A DNA stretch of 64,000 bases from Bacteroidota bacterium (lineage in GTDB: Bacteria; Bacteroidota; Bacteroidia; AKYH767-A; OLB10): positions 5,402 through 69,401 of the forward strand of contig JANXSD010000009.1 of assembly GCA_025352785.1 (NCBI GenBank), read 5' to 3'. The number at the start of each line of letters is the position of its first letter. Within the stretch, counting starts at the first letter, position 1. The notes below the pieces were generated by a model. That model made no database searches, had not been told where the DNA came from, and saw nothing but the letters and a program-made list of their open reading frames with translations. This document shows positions 41,230 through 52,239 of the stretch, one piece after another. The translations under genes and the position numbers were made by a program.

Positions 41230-43209
41230 TTACAAGATCGTAAATTCGGTACGGCGATTTTGCGAGCGCCCCTCTTCCGTATCGTTTGAAGCGAGCGGCT
41301 TACTCTTACCGTAGCCCTTATACGTCAATCTAGCAGAAGAGATTCCATCTTTAACAAGAAAATCGTAAACTGCTTTTGCCCTGTTTTCTGATAGTATCTG
41401 ATTTAATTTCGGATCACCGGAGCTATCGGTATGTCCGCTAACTTCAATACGAACGGAAGTATTAGCAATTAAAAACGCTTTGAGTTTCGCTAATTCCGAA
41501 TTCGATTCTGCCCTTAAATCAAACTTATTGACGTCAAAAAAAATATTCTTCAATACAACATGTTCACCAGCTTTTGGCTTGTGCAATTTAATGAGCAAAT
41601 CGTATGCATGTTGTTTATCAGTTGCTTCTTTGCATTCGAAAAAATCAGAATAAAATAAATATTGTTCCTTGTTAACATTCAACATGTAATTTTTTCCTGC
41701 AGGTAATGATGCTAAAAACTCTCCTCTCTTTTGATCAGTTGAATTTGATAATACTAGTTTTCCTGTAGTAACATCGATCACTTCAAACTGTGCTGACAAC
41801 GGTAAATTTGTTTCTGCATCAACAACTTTTGCTTTGAGATAGCTCACTAATAAAGGTTGTGCTGCAGGATATAAATCAAAGCTATACAAATCCAAACTAC
41901 CGTATCCTCCCGCTCTATTACTTGCGAAATACGCCTTCTTTCCATCAGCACTCACCACTAAACTATTCTCATCACCCGAAGTGTTTATTGGGTAGCCTAG
42001 ATTCATTGCTGGTCCCCACGTTCCATCAGGCAGGCGACGACTCAAAAAAATATCCAACCCTCCCATTCCAGGTAAACCATTTGAAGTGAAATACAATGTT
42101 TGATTATCGGGATGAATAAAAACGGATTCTTCTTTTCCAATTGTATTGATATTATCGTTTAATCTTTTTGGTTCCGACCAATGATGATCCGCTTGAAATT
42201 CGCTGTAATAAATATCGTCTTGTTGTGAACCATGATCACGCGAATTAGAACCACGAATAAAATATAATGTCTTTCCATCAGAGGAGAAAGAAGGTTGCGT
42301 TTCCCAATCACCCGTATTGATTGGTGGCCCGAGATTCATTGGCTTCGACCATGATCCATCTGCAACGCGTTGTGATAAATAAATATCGCATCTGCCCTTT
42401 CCATCGTTGCGATCACAAGCTGCAAAAAATAATAATCGTCCATCAGCAGAAATACTTGGAGCACCTTCATTTAAAATTGAATTCAATGGTGATCCTGCAT
42501 TCATTGCTTGTTGCCATGAGGTATCTTTTTTACTACTTAGATAAAAATCTTCTTGATGACCTTCCATCGCTTGTCGATCAGGAATATCTCTCGTAAAAAT
42601 AATTTCATTTTGATCAACTGTAAACGAAGGAAAATATTCAGCATTAATAGAGTTGATAGCCGAACCCATATTAATTGGATTAAAAGGAACTGGATGCTTC
42701 AATGCTTCCATAGCAAATTCGCAATTCTTAATTCCTTGGTCAACCAAAATAGTTTTCTCTGGATAAATTACGGATACTAATTTTTTATAGTTTTTAAAAT
42801 CTTCTAAAGCGCGTTCGTACTTTGAAGTTTTCATTTCTAATCGAGCCAACTGGTAAAAATTATTTGGAAAAAAAGTAGGATTAATATCAATGGCTTTGTT
42901 ATAACGTAATATGGCAGCTTCATAATCGCCTTGCTCAGTTAAAACTTCTGCAAGAATTACATGTGCTTCAATAAAGTTTGGATCCTTATCTATTGCTTGT
43001 AAAAATGAACGTATCGCTTTTTCAAAATCACGTTGGTCATAATATTTCGTTCCATTTTCAAATGCGTTAATTGCAGATTTTGAGGTTGTAGAATAACGAA
43101 GCGTTTGTGCGTTTACGATTTGAAATGAAAATAAAATTATCGCTAGTAAAAGAAATTCTCTTAAATAGTTGATGCCTATAAATTTGCTTTTAAAATTCAT
43201 GAATTGCAT
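41230..43209 (-). CDS. OmpA-family protein with N-terminal TPR repeats and TolB-like (PD40) beta-propeller repeats
   Basis: C-terminal OmpA domain (VSGHTDSSGD...NRRTEF), PD40 motifs (DGKTLYFIR, DGKKAYFASNR) and TPR helices. The probable signal peptide begins at MNFKSKF. Confidence 0.75.
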   Translation of the reverse strand: MQFMNFKSKFIGINYLREFLLLAIILFSFQIVNAQTLRYSTTSKSAINAFENGTKYYDQRDFEKAIRSFLQAIDKDPNFIEAHVILAEVLTEQGDYEAAILRYNKAIDINPTFFPNNFYQLARLEMKTSKYERALEDFKNYKKLVSVIYPEKTILVDQGIKNCEFAMEALKHPVPFNPINMGSAINSINAEYFPSFTVDQNEIIFTRDIPDRQAMEGHQEDFYLSSKKDTSWQQAMNAGSPLNSILNEGAPSISADGRLLFFAACDRNDGKGRCDIYLSQRVADGSWSKPMNLGPPINTGDWETQPSFSSDGKTLYFIRGSNSRDHGSQQDDIYYSEFQADHHWSEPKRLNDNINTIGKEESVFIHPDNQTLYFTSNGLPGMGGLDIFLSRRLPDGTWGPAMNLGYPINTSGDENSLVVSADGKKAYFASNRAGGYGSLDLYSFDLYPAAQPLLVSYLKAKVVDAETNLPLSAQFEVIDVTTGKLVLSNSTDQKRGEFLASLPAGKNYMLNVNKEQYLFYSDFFECKEATDKQHAYDLLIKLHKPKAGEHVVLKNIFFDVNKFDLRAESNSELAKLKAFLIANTSVRIEVSGHTDSSGDPKLNQILSENRAKAVYDFLVKDGISSARLTYKGYGKSKPLASNDTEEGRSQNRRTEFTIL

Positions 43210-43260
43210 TAGTTTTTTTAGAATAAAATTACTTCAATGAAAACCTAATTCAGAATAAAA

Positions 43261-43893
43261 CTAAGGCACATTGATAATTTTATGCGTCTGTAAAGATATT
43301 CGCCAATTAGGATTATGTTTTATGTAATCAATGATTTGCGGCATGATCAAGTCAAACTTACTGAATTCAGGTTGTAATAATAATTCGCAATCCGCATTAA
43401 CTTTTTGCGCTTGTTCTTCTGCCCATTTAAAATCACTGGCATTAAAAATTACTACTTTCAATTCTTGTGCTTCAATGATCGACTCAGCTAATGGTGCTTT
43501 GAATTTTTTTGGTGAAACACAAACCCAATCAAATTCTCCTGATAGAGGATATGCTCCAGAAGTTTCAATAGCAATTTTGAATCCTGCGTCTTTAAGTAAA
43601 CGTGAAAGTGGAATTAAATCGTACATGCATGGTTCACCTCCGGTAATTACAACAAATCTAGCTTTCTCTATCGCAGCTTTTTTAACGATATCTTCAATAG
43701 AAAATAGTAAATGAGCATCAGCATCCCAGGATGCTTTTACATCACACCAAACACATCCTACATCACATCCACCTAAGCGAATAAAATAGGCAGCGCGACC
43801 AGTTTGAATTCCTTCTCCTTGTATGGTGTAGAATGATTCCATAACTGGAAGCAATAATCCTTGCTTCAGCTTAATTGGAGATACTTCCTGCAT
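43261..43893 (-). CDS. queE: 7-carboxy-7-deazaguanine synthase (radical SAM)
   Basis: YTIQGEG motif and cluster ligands [12 protein letters not shown]. The start may be the internal Met near 43842, which would avoid the 23-nt overlap with folD. Confidence 0.8.
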   Translation of the reverse strand: MQEVSPIKLKQGLLLPVMESFYTIQGEGIQTGRAAYFIRLGGCDVGCVWCDVKASWDADAHLLFSIEDIVKKAAIEKARFVVITGGEPCMYDLIPLSRLLKDAGFKIAIETSGAYPLSGEFDWVCVSPKKFKAPLAESIIEAQELKVVIFNASDFKWAEEQAQKVNADCELLLQPEFSKFDLIMPQIIDYIKHNPNWRISLQTHKIINVP

Positions 43894-44773
43894 TTTTATA
43901 AATTACTTTTTGAGCTGCAAGCAAGGTGTTTTGTAAAAGTCCGATGATGGTCATAGGTCCTACTCCACCTGGAACTGGAGTAATGAAACTACATTTTTCA
44001 GCAACGTTTTTAAAGTCTACATCGCCAACTAATCTAAAACCAGATTTTGTTTCGGAAGATGTAATTCGCGTCATTCCTACATCAATAACAACTGCCCCTT
44101 GTTTCACCATATCTGCTTTAATAAAACCAGGACGACCGATCGCTGCAATGATGATATCAGCCTGTTTTGTAATGGAACCAATATCTTTAGTTTGACTATG
44201 ACAAAGTGTAACGGTACAATTTCCCGGATACGTATTTCGTGATAACAATATTGACATTGGTGTACCTACTATACTACTTCGTCCAATCACTACGCAATGT
44301 TTTCCTATAGTATCGATATCATAACGTTCGAGCAATTGTAAGATCCCTTTAGGTGTTGCAGGAACATAACAAGGCATTTGCTGTGTCATACGACCGATGT
44401 TGATCGGATGAAAACCATCCACATCTTTTTCAGGTAAAATAGCTTCCGTAATTTTAGGAACATTTATATGTGATGGAAGAGGAAGTTGAACGATGAATCC
44501 ATCTACTTTATCGTCGTTATTTAAACGATCAATTTCTTGAATTAATTCTTCCTCTGTTATTGATGGGTCAAATCGCAAAAGAGAAGAATCGAATCCAACT
44601 TCTTTGCATGTTTTCATCTTATTGCTAACATACGTTTCTGAAGCGCCATCATTACCAACCAAAACAGCCACTAGATGAGGTGCTCTCTTACCGGTTGCAA
44701 GCATTTTCTGAACAACGCTCCTCAGCTCTTCTTTAATTGCTTGCGATGTCGCCTTTCCATCTATTAACTGCAT
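43871..44773 (-). CDS. folD: Bifunctional methylenetetrahydrofolate dehydrogenase/cyclohydrolase
   Basis: Begins [17 protein letters not shown] and has the GRSSIVGTP motif. Size 300 aa. Confidence 0.9.
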   Translation of the reverse strand: MQLIDGKATSQAIKEELRSVVQKMLATGKRAPHLVAVLVGNDGASETYVSNKMKTCKEVGFDSSLLRFDPSITEEELIQEIDRLNNDDKVDGFIVQLPLPSHINVPKITEAILPEKDVDGFHPINIGRMTQQMPCYVPATPKGILQLLERYDIDTIGKHCVVIGRSSIVGTPMSILLSRNTYPGNCTVTLCHSQTKDIGSITKQADIIIAAIGRPGFIKADMVKQGAVVIDVGMTRITSSETKSGFRLVGDVDFKNVAEKCSFITPVPGGVGPMTIIGLLQNTLLAAQKVIYKNAGSISN

Positions 44774-44817
44774 TTAATCCCTTTTAATTAATCTTAAATT
44801 TATAATTCATCATACTT

Positions 44818-46146
44818 TTAACGCCTTGCGGGCATATTTTTCATCATTTTTTGCGCATTGCCATTGCTAAACATTTTCATCATCTTACGCATATCGTCGA
44901 ATTGTTTTATCAAACGATTTACCTCCTGAATAGTTGTTCCGCTACCTTCTGCAATTCGTTTACGTCGTGATCCATTTAACACATCAGGATGCTCACGTTC
45001 TGCGTTGGTCATAGAATGAATAATTGCTTCAATCGACTTGAACGAATTCTCATCAATATCCACATCCTTCACCATCTTACCCATTCCTGGAATCATTCCC
45101 ATGAGATCTTTAATATTTCCCATCTTTTTAATCTGCTGAAGCTGAGACAGGAAATCATTAAAGCTAAATTGATTCTTAGCAATTTTCTTTTGTAACTCAG
45201 CAGCTTGTTTCGCATCAAATTGCTCTTGCGCTTTCTCAACGAGGGAAACGATATCACCCATCCCGAGAATACGATCCGCCATACGTTCTGGATAGAATAC
45301 ATCGAGTGCATCCATCTTCTCACCAGTACCAACAAATTTGATTGGCTTATTCACCACCGATTTGATGGAAAGAGCAGCACCACCACGTGTATCACCATCT
45401 AATTTGGTGAGAACAACACCATCAAAATTCAGACGATCATTAAAAGTTTTAGCGGTATTTACAGCATCCTGACCAGTCATTGCATCTACTACAAAAAGGG
45501 TTTCAGAAGGGTTTAAAATTTCCTTCAAACGAGCAATTTCATTCATCATCACCTCGTCAATTGCTAAACGACCAGCAGTATCAATGATGATGGTATTATA
45601 ACCTTTTGCCTTCGCAACTTCAAGTGCATTCTTTGCAATCTGAACCGGATCTTTATTATCAGCTTCACTGTAAACCTCAACGCCAATTTGTTCACCAATT
45701 ACGTGCAATTGATTGATAGCAGCAGGTCGGTAAACGTCACATGCCACCAACAAAACCTGACGACTTCTTTTGGTCTTTAAAAAGTTAGCAAGCTTACCAG
45801 AAAGTGTTGTTTTTCCAGATCCTTGTAAACCCGACATTAAAATAATGGAAGGGTTCGACTTTAGATTAATATCCGTTGCTTGACCACCCATCAATTTGAT
45901 GAGTTCTTCCTGAACGATTTTAATCATCAATTGCCCAGGAGAAACTGAAATCAAGACATCTCTTCCTAGAGCGATATCTTTGACAGTATCAGTAAAAGTT
46001 TTAGCAACTTTATAGTTAACATCAGCATCGAGCAAGGCCTTACGAACCTCTTTCAGCGTCTCCGCAACGTTAATCTCAGTAATTTTTCCCTGACCTTTTA
46101 GCAGTTTAAATGCCCTGTCAAGCTTATCGGATAAATTTTCAAACAT
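44818..46146 (-). CDS. ffh: Signal recognition particle protein Ffh
   Basis: N domain (MFENLSDKLDRAFKLLKGQG), G domain (GLQGSGKTT, DTAGR, TKLDGD) and a Met-rich M domain. The start is trimmed from the track's 46230 to the ATG at 46146. Confidence 0.9.
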   Translation of the reverse strand: MFENLSDKLDRAFKLLKGQGKITEINVAETLKEVRKALLDADVNYKVAKTFTDTVKDIALGRDVLISVSPGQLMIKIVQEELIKLMGGQATDINLKSNPSIILMSGLQGSGKTTLSGKLANFLKTKRSRQVLLVACDVYRPAAINQLHVIGEQIGVEVYSEADNKDPVQIAKNALEVAKAKGYNTIIIDTAGRLAIDEVMMNEIARLKEILNPSETLFVVDAMTGQDAVNTAKTFNDRLNFDGVVLTKLDGDTRGGAALSIKSVVNKPIKFVGTGEKMDALDVFYPERMADRILGMGDIVSLVEKAQEQFDAKQAAELQKKIAKNQFSFNDFLSQLQQIKKMGNIKDLMGMIPGMGKMVKDVDIDENSFKSIEAIIHSMTNAEREHPDVLNGSRRKRIAEGSGTTIQEVNRLIKQFDDMRKMMKMFSNGNAQKMMKNMPARR

Positions 46147-46484
46147 AATATAGAAATACGGAGGCGAAAGTACGAAAAAAAGGTCAAAAATTGCCATGAA
46201 AACAACTAACACGTTCCATTTTAAATTCACTACAGGTAAGTTTGTAGAGATAAATATTAGAAGAGATAAAGCTCATTTTTCAGCTTGTTCAAAATTATTA
46301 AAGGCAAAATACTTGCATTTGACAGTACTACAAATTACTTTTCCGTTTTAATTCAGATATTGCCGTTTCTAATTGTGCTGTTTTTATTTCATTTAGGATC
46401 TTATTGTTCTGCTAACTTTAAACTTTTAAACTGGAAAATAATTTGGGTAAGCATTATAATTCAAAATTGATCATTGCAAAATAA

Positions 46485-47993
46485 GTGAAACAAATAATAT
46501 TTAAATACATAATCTTGGGAATCATTTTATTGATTCCTAAGATTTCTTGTTGTCAATACACCAATAACATCTGGTGCTTTGGAGATAGTGCTGGTATTAA
46601 TTTTAAGACAAATCCACCGACTGCAATTACCTCTGGACTTTTAACTAAAAGTGGCTCAGCAAGCATTACGGATAATTTTGGAAATATTTTATTTTACGGT
46701 TCAGCTTCCGACGATAGTATTAAATCTTCTGGTAAAGATAGTTCAGGAATATTAAAAAATAGGTTGAATGCAACAAAACAAAACGGGACTAATCTGTACA
46801 GTGAGTGGTATCATGTGATGACCATTATACCAAAATCTATAAGCGATAGTACCTTTTATGTTTTTACTGGAGGCGTTTTACATTCGTTTGGGTTGTATTA
46901 TAGTGTTGTCGATTTAAAGCAAAACACTGGGTTGGGTGCAGTGGTGCAGAAAAATGTTCAGTTGGATACTTTTCCCGTGTTTGATGGAATTACTGCTGTT
47001 AAACATGGCAACGGAAATGACTGGTGGCTGCTATATCAAAGATGGGACGCATTGAGTTCGCAGCAAAATAATGAATTTCATCTGCTGCTAGTCGATTCGT
47101 CAGGGATTCAAATGCAATCCTTACAAAATATCGGAAGTCTTCATGATAACGGTGCTGGTGACCTAAGTTTTAATTCGAATGGAACTAAAATGATCTATGT
47201 TGAATGGAGAGGAATGATTGAGCTGTATTATTTTGATCGGTTTACTGGAATTATTTTAAATCCAATAAATATTGAACCCGAACTTTCAGTTAATCCCGTT
47301 CCTTATTATACTAGCGCAGTTTTTTCTTCAAATGGAAGAATTTTATATGTCACATCGTATCAGTCAGTTTATCATAAGGCAAGCTATCTGTATCAATACG
47401 ATCTTACAGCCGCCAACATCGCAGCAAGCAGAATTTTACTTGATTCTGTTTGATACCCAATTGCTATGGGAGTAATGGAAATGGGGCCAGATAAAAAAAT
47501 CTATTTGTCTGCAGAAAACGATATCGTTACCATACCTTATCCTGATTCAGTACATACATCAGTGTGCGATAATCTTTCAGTAATTAATTATCCAGATAGC
47601 CTTGGCCAGGCTTGTAATTTTCAGCCTTATAGTTTTTATCAAGGTGGAAACAAAGTTTATATTGGACTTCCGAACAACCCAGATTATACTTTAGGACCTA
47701 TGGATACACTAACGGCAGTGCATGAACTAACCCCGGTTTTAACAACTAACGAACTTAAAATATTTTATCATCCAGCCTGAGATATTGCATTTATTAACGC
47801 AGATAAATTAACTGGTAGAAAATATACCTTGAGCTTATTTGATATAACAGGTAAATTAATTTTTAGAGAAAATGGAACTCTAAGCTCACAATATTTTACC
47901 AAAGATTTAAGCATGCAAAGCTTTGGGATAGGGGTTTATATTGCTACCCTGAAAACTGACAAGGAAAGATTAAATAAGAGATTTGCGAAATAA
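46485..47993 (+). pseudogene. T9SS-sorted secreted adhesin-like protein interrupted by two in-frame TGA codons (47451-47453 and 47778-47780)
   Basis: Three consecutive ORFs are all in the same frame: 46485-47453, 47466-47780 and 47781-47993. The last piece is a Por_Secre_tail (GVYIATLKTDKERLNKRFAK). The N-terminal part is paralogous to the gene at 62066. Confidence 0.5.
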
Positions 47994-48183
47994 TATCAAT
48001 ATGACATTTCGATACTTGGATGCCGATATGCTAATATGCCAATGGAAAAAAAATTAAAAATGAGGAATGGGGAATTGGACTATAAAATAAATTCTGAAAA
48101 TTTTAATATTCTGTAAATTTTGTTTCAGACAATTTAAATCTTGATAATCATAGTAATTTTTTAAATCATGTTCAAGACAAGTT

Positions 48184-50757
48184 TTACCTCCTATCAAACC
48201 TATCTGGATTCTTCGTCAATTTTAAATCCTGAAGAATGCTAGATTTAACATTGATCTGGAAAAAATAATTTGCTGCAAATCCAAACGGAACCCAGTTTAA
48301 TCGCATCTCCCAACAGTGTAAATCTCGGAAAATTCCAAGTGAGGTATAGGAAATATCCTTTTGGTTGAAATCATAACCAGAAGCAAAATTTACTTTCCAG
48401 TTATCGGTAACTTTTACATCTCCACTAAACCCAAAAACTTGTGTTGTTTGATCAGCAATATTTACATTATTTTGAAAAGAATAATTATAATGCAATGATA
48501 AATTTATTGGAATACTGTAATCGATGTAATCTTCTGGATTTTTATTAATATCATCTAACTCATTCCCAACTCCCTTTTTCGAACTATATTGTTTCTTACT
48601 ATTTGTTAAACTAAAATCAGCAGAAAAATTTACGTTTCTTAATCGTGCCAATTTCCCATTTGCCTCCCACTCTGTTTTATTTTGTCGCACTTCTAATGCA
48701 TTTACAACATACGGATCGAAGGAACTACTTAATGATAAATTTAGTCGCTCAAAAACGATTGTTCGGGCAGCAACAGAAATGATCGACAACTTTAAGGAAT
48801 CTGCTGCAAAATTATAATTACCTGCTAACGATAAACTCTCCAGAACTTTTACTTTTTTAATATTAACTGCAGTATCTGTTTGCTGACGAATTTTCATTTC
48901 TAAACTATTATCCAAACTAAAATTTAACAACGATGATTTCCCAGAACCTGGTCCACCGAAAATAGTTCCATCATAAATTGAATAACGTTGAATTGTACCA
49001 ATAGAATCTACCTGTGTTGATTTATATGCCTTCCATTTATCTTCACTAAAATCTGGTCGCCAGGAGAACCCTATAGATGGAGTTAAGACATGACGAATTG
49101 CGGCAATTTTTCCACGACGAAATTGTTTCAATCCAAAAACTCTCGTCGACATGGAAGTACTAAATCCAAAATCACGAGCTGCTTTAAATCCACTAATGGT
49201 ATCAATAACTAAGCTATCGTTTCCAGGTATATATCTTTTTTCGTACGTCTTTAAATACCATCGCTCATTATAATTAAAGGATGGGGTTACAGTAAAAAAT
49301 TTTGCCACAGTAAAAGAAGTACTTATAGGAATACTATGTTGTAATCCATATTGAAAACGATCTAAACTTTCTTTCTTAAAAAGCAAAGTATCTTTTGTAT
49401 TGATGGTATTCAATAATGTTGCACTGTAACTAACGCCGATTTTTTCATACCATTTTGCAGCACCAATTTGCGACTTACTTTGAAAAGGTGAAAATCGTCC
49501 AACACTAAAACTTGCAGAAGGAATACTAATGCTAATATCTCTTGTAATAGAATTTTGGGAATGACGTAAACTTGAAGTGAAACTATATGGTTTTCCAACC
49601 CATGTTTTGCTGTAACCGATATAAGAGCTAAAAGTATTTGTTAAATAATTATTCGCCGTCGATAAAGTATTTCTAAAGTTAGTTGATGTTCCTGCATTTA
49701 CATTTGCCGAAAAATTACTGTTGGGTCTTGCTTTAGGATCTTGCGTATGATTCCATGTAATGAAGAAATCTTTTTCCAAGGAAAAATCGGGAAGTTCTCT
49801 ATCGCCGATCAATGTTTTAGAATAACTTAATGATACGTTTCCATTATAATGATAACGATTTGCATAATTAGAACTCAAAAATCCTTTCCAACTTCCGCGT
49901 GAAAAGATATCACCTGTAAGCGCCAAATCAAATTTATCACTGTTGCCATAATAATAACCACCATTCTTTAAATAAAATCCCAGTTGATTGGACTCACCAT
50001 AAGAAGGAAATAATATTCCGGAAGTTCGTCCTTTATGATTCGGAAAAAAACCAAATGGAATCATTAAAGGTGTGGGCACATCGGCAATAAATAAATCAGC
50101 TGGACCCGTTACCACTTTATTGTTGGGAATAATTTTTATTTTTTTTGAAAAGATGAAATAATGGGGATGCGGCAAATCACAGGTGGTGAAATAACCATTT
50201 CGGATATATGTTGTATTGTCAGGTTCTTTCTTTACAGTTTCACCATGAATATATTTATCACCATCTTTTGTGGTGATCTCCGAAATCTTGCCTCGTTTCG
50301 TATCAAAATTGTATCGAATGTTATCCGAATTAAATTCCTCACTACCTTGTTTAAAAACAGGCAATCCTGCCATTTTACCTGAACTATCTGGAACACCATG
50401 AGCCGTTAAGGTCCTTGTTTCGTAATTTATTTCCACATAATCTGCTTTCAGATTAATATCTTCATACGTGATTTCAGCATGGCCATATAAAAAGATTTTC
50501 TTGCCATCAATGGCATAAACGATGGAGTCATCGGCGGTATACTTAACTTTGGACTTCAGATCATCCGCTAAGGTTAATGAATCAGCAATTAAAGTGTCCT
50601 TCTTTACAATCAAAGTATCAGTTTGTTTCATAGAAAGCGTGTCGGGAGATTGTCCGTAAGAGACATAATGCCCTATTAAAAGCATGAAAAAACATATGCG
50701 CCACCAACAATGTCCCGTTAATAAGTTGCTTGTCAATTGCTTTCGTTTACTCGTCAT
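48184..50757 (-). CDS. lptD: LPS-assembly outer-membrane protein LptD (OstA-like N-domain plus large beta-barrel)
   Basis: Signal peptide, then an OstA-like N-domain (KIFLYGHAEITYEDINLKADYVEINYETRTL), then an 800-aa Tyr/Asn/Ser-rich beta region. Confidence 0.6.
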   Translation of the reverse strand: MTSKRKQLTSNLLTGHCWWRICFFMLLIGHYVSYGQSPDTLSMKQTDTLIVKKDTLIADSLTLADDLKSKVKYTADDSIVYAIDGKKIFLYGHAEITYEDINLKADYVEINYETRTLTAHGVPDSSGKMAGLPVFKQGSEEFNSDNIRYNFDTKRGKISEITTKDGDKYIHGETVKKEPDNTTYIRNGYFTTCDLPHPHYFIFSKKIKIIPNNKVVTGPADLFIADVPTPLMIPFGFFPNHKGRTSGILFPSYGESNQLGFYLKNGGYYYGNSDKFDLALTGDIFSRGSWKGFLSSNYANRYHYNGNVSLSYSKTLIGDRELPDFSLEKDFFITWNHTQDPKARPNSNFSANVNAGTSTNFRNTLSTANNYLTNTFSSYIGYSKTWVGKPYSFTSSLRHSQNSITRDISISIPSASFSVGRFSPFQSKSQIGAAKWYEKIGVSYSATLLNTINTKDTLLFKKESLDRFQYGLQHSIPISTSFTVAKFFTVTPSFNYNERWYLKTYEKRYIPGNDSLVIDTISGFKAARDFGFSTSMSTRVFGLKQFRRGKIAAIRHVLTPSIGFSWRPDFSEDKWKAYKSTQVDSIGTIQRYSIYDGTIFGGPGSGKSSLLNFSLDNSLEMKIRQQTDTAVNIKKVKVLESLSLAGNYNFAADSLKLSIISVAARTIVFERLNLSLSSSFDPYVVNALEVRQNKTEWEANGKLARLRNVNFSADFSLTNSKKQYSSKKGVGNELDDINKNPEDYIDYSIPINLSLHYNYSFQNNVNIADQTTQVFGFSGDVKVTDNWKVNFASGYDFNQKDISYTSLGIFRDLHCWEMRLNWVPFGFAANYFFQINVKSSILQDLKLTKNPDRFDRR

Positions 50758-52185
50758 TATCGCTTCGATACACCTAATTTTGATCGCGCAAAGCTACAAA
50801 ACAACGTGAAACGTATCCTCTGGATTACTATATGTATTTTGCTTCCAGTAATTTCATTTACTGCGGCAAAACCTCCCCGTGATTCTTATCGAATCAAAAC
50901 GGTGGTTATTGATCCTGGACATGGTGGTCATGATTCTGGCTGTCTAGGTTCTTCTGCTAAAGAGAAGCATGTGGCGCTTGAAATCGCACTCAAGCTGGGC
51001 AAATTAATTGAACAAAACTACCCAGATATTAAGGTAATTTTTACCCGTAAGACGGATGTTTTCATTCCTCTTCACGAGAGAGCCGATATCGCAAATCGGA
51101 ATCATGCTGATTTATTTATTTGTGTTCATCTTAATTCGGGTAATAAAGTTGCTTATGGTGCTGAAACGTATGTGATGGGATTACATAAAACAGAAGATAA
51201 TCTCAATGTAGCTAAACGCGAGAATGCCTCGATTCTTTTAGAGGATGATTATAAAACGCAATATGATGGCTTCGACCCGAATTCTCCAGAAGCAAATATT
51301 ATTTTCTCGTTGTATCAAAATCAATTTATGCATCAAAGTTTATCCTTTGCATCAAAAATTCAAGATCAATTTGAAGAATATGCAGGACGAAATAATCGAG
51401 GCGTAAAGCAAGCTGGGTTCCTCGTTCTTTATAAAACTGCGATGCCATCTGTATTGATCGAATCAGGATTCTTGACACACGATATGGAAGAGAAATATCT
51501 TGATTCCGATAAAGGTGAATCTACAATTGCCACTTCCATTTTTAGAGCATTTAGAGAGTATAAAATTGATATGGAAAGCTCTAATGAAGAGCGAAATGGT
51601 TCTACTAAGGAAAATAAAAACAAATCCATAGAAGAAACCAAAGCAGTAATTCCAACTAAAAAAGAGAAGTTAGAAGTAAAAAAAGATACTTCAACAATTC
51701 AAGACCGTACAGACAGCACTCCTGATCCAATAAATAGTGATGATTTAAAAGATCAAGAAGAAAAACATGTTACTAAAAAAGTTTTGCCAACACAAGTAAA
51801 AGAAACTAAAAGCAGCTCTAAGCCAACAATTACTAAAGAAATAAAAAATGTGGCTGAACCAAAACCAAAGACCGAAAAGATTGGTGCTAACTCCACAAAC
51901 TCTTTAGAAAAAGAAAACAATTCGGTATACTTTACTGTTCAAATTGGTGCTAGCACTAATCCTTCAAAAGATGATGCTAATTTCTTTAAGAATAAAGAGG
52001 TGAAAGGAGTTAAATGTAGCGATGGTTATACTCGTTATGTGGTTGGTTCTTACGATAATGCAAATGCAGCACGTAAACGTCAATCACAATTAAAAACTAC
52101 TGGTTATAAAGATGCTTTTATAACCGCATTAAATGGAAATAAAAGGATAACAGTTCAAGAGGCCGAACTAATGCTGAAAAGGTAG
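50737..52185 (+). CDS. N-acetylmuramoyl-L-alanine amidase (Amidase_3, AmiC-like) with low-complexity linker and C-terminal SPOR domain
   Basis: Amidase_3 motifs VVIDPGHGGHDSG and HLNS, a Lys/Glu/Thr-rich linker, and a C-terminal SPOR-like fold (YFTVQIGAS...GYTRYVVGSYDNANAARK). An alternative GTG start at 50806 gives a clean signal peptide MKRILWITICILL and removes the overlap with lptD. Confidence 0.8.
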   Translation: MLSFTRHYRFDTPNFDRAKLQNNVKRILWITICILLPVISFTAAKPPRDSYRIKTVVIDPGHGGHDSGCLGSSAKEKHVALEIALKLGKLIEQNYPDIKVIFTRKTDVFIPLHERADIANRNHADLFICVHLNSGNKVAYGAETYVMGLHKTEDNLNVAKRENASILLEDDYKTQYDGFDPNSPEANIIFSLYQNQFMHQSLSFASKIQDQFEEYAGRNNRGVKQAGFLVLYKTAMPSVLIESGFLTHDMEEKYLDSDKGESTIATSIFRAFREYKIDMESSNEERNGSTKENKNKSIEETKAVIPTKKEKLEVKKDTSTIQDRTDSTPDPINSDDLKDQEEKHVTKKVLPTQVKETKSSSKPTITKEIKNVAEPKPKTEKIGANSTNSLEKENNSVYFTVQIGASTNPSKDDANFFKNKEVKGVKCSDGYTRYVVGSYDNANAARKRQSQLKTTGYKDAFITALNGNKRITVQEAELMLKR

Positions 52186-52239
52186 TATTTTTGCGACCTA
52201 TTATTCAATAAAACACCTTTCAACTCAATCAGATTCGGA

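Noticed and set aside
46485-47993. Possibility that TGA is reassigned (for example to Gly) genome-wide
   Set aside because: TGA clearly terminates tatD (6436-6438) and mlaE (55208-55210) at conserved protein ends, so the standard code applies.
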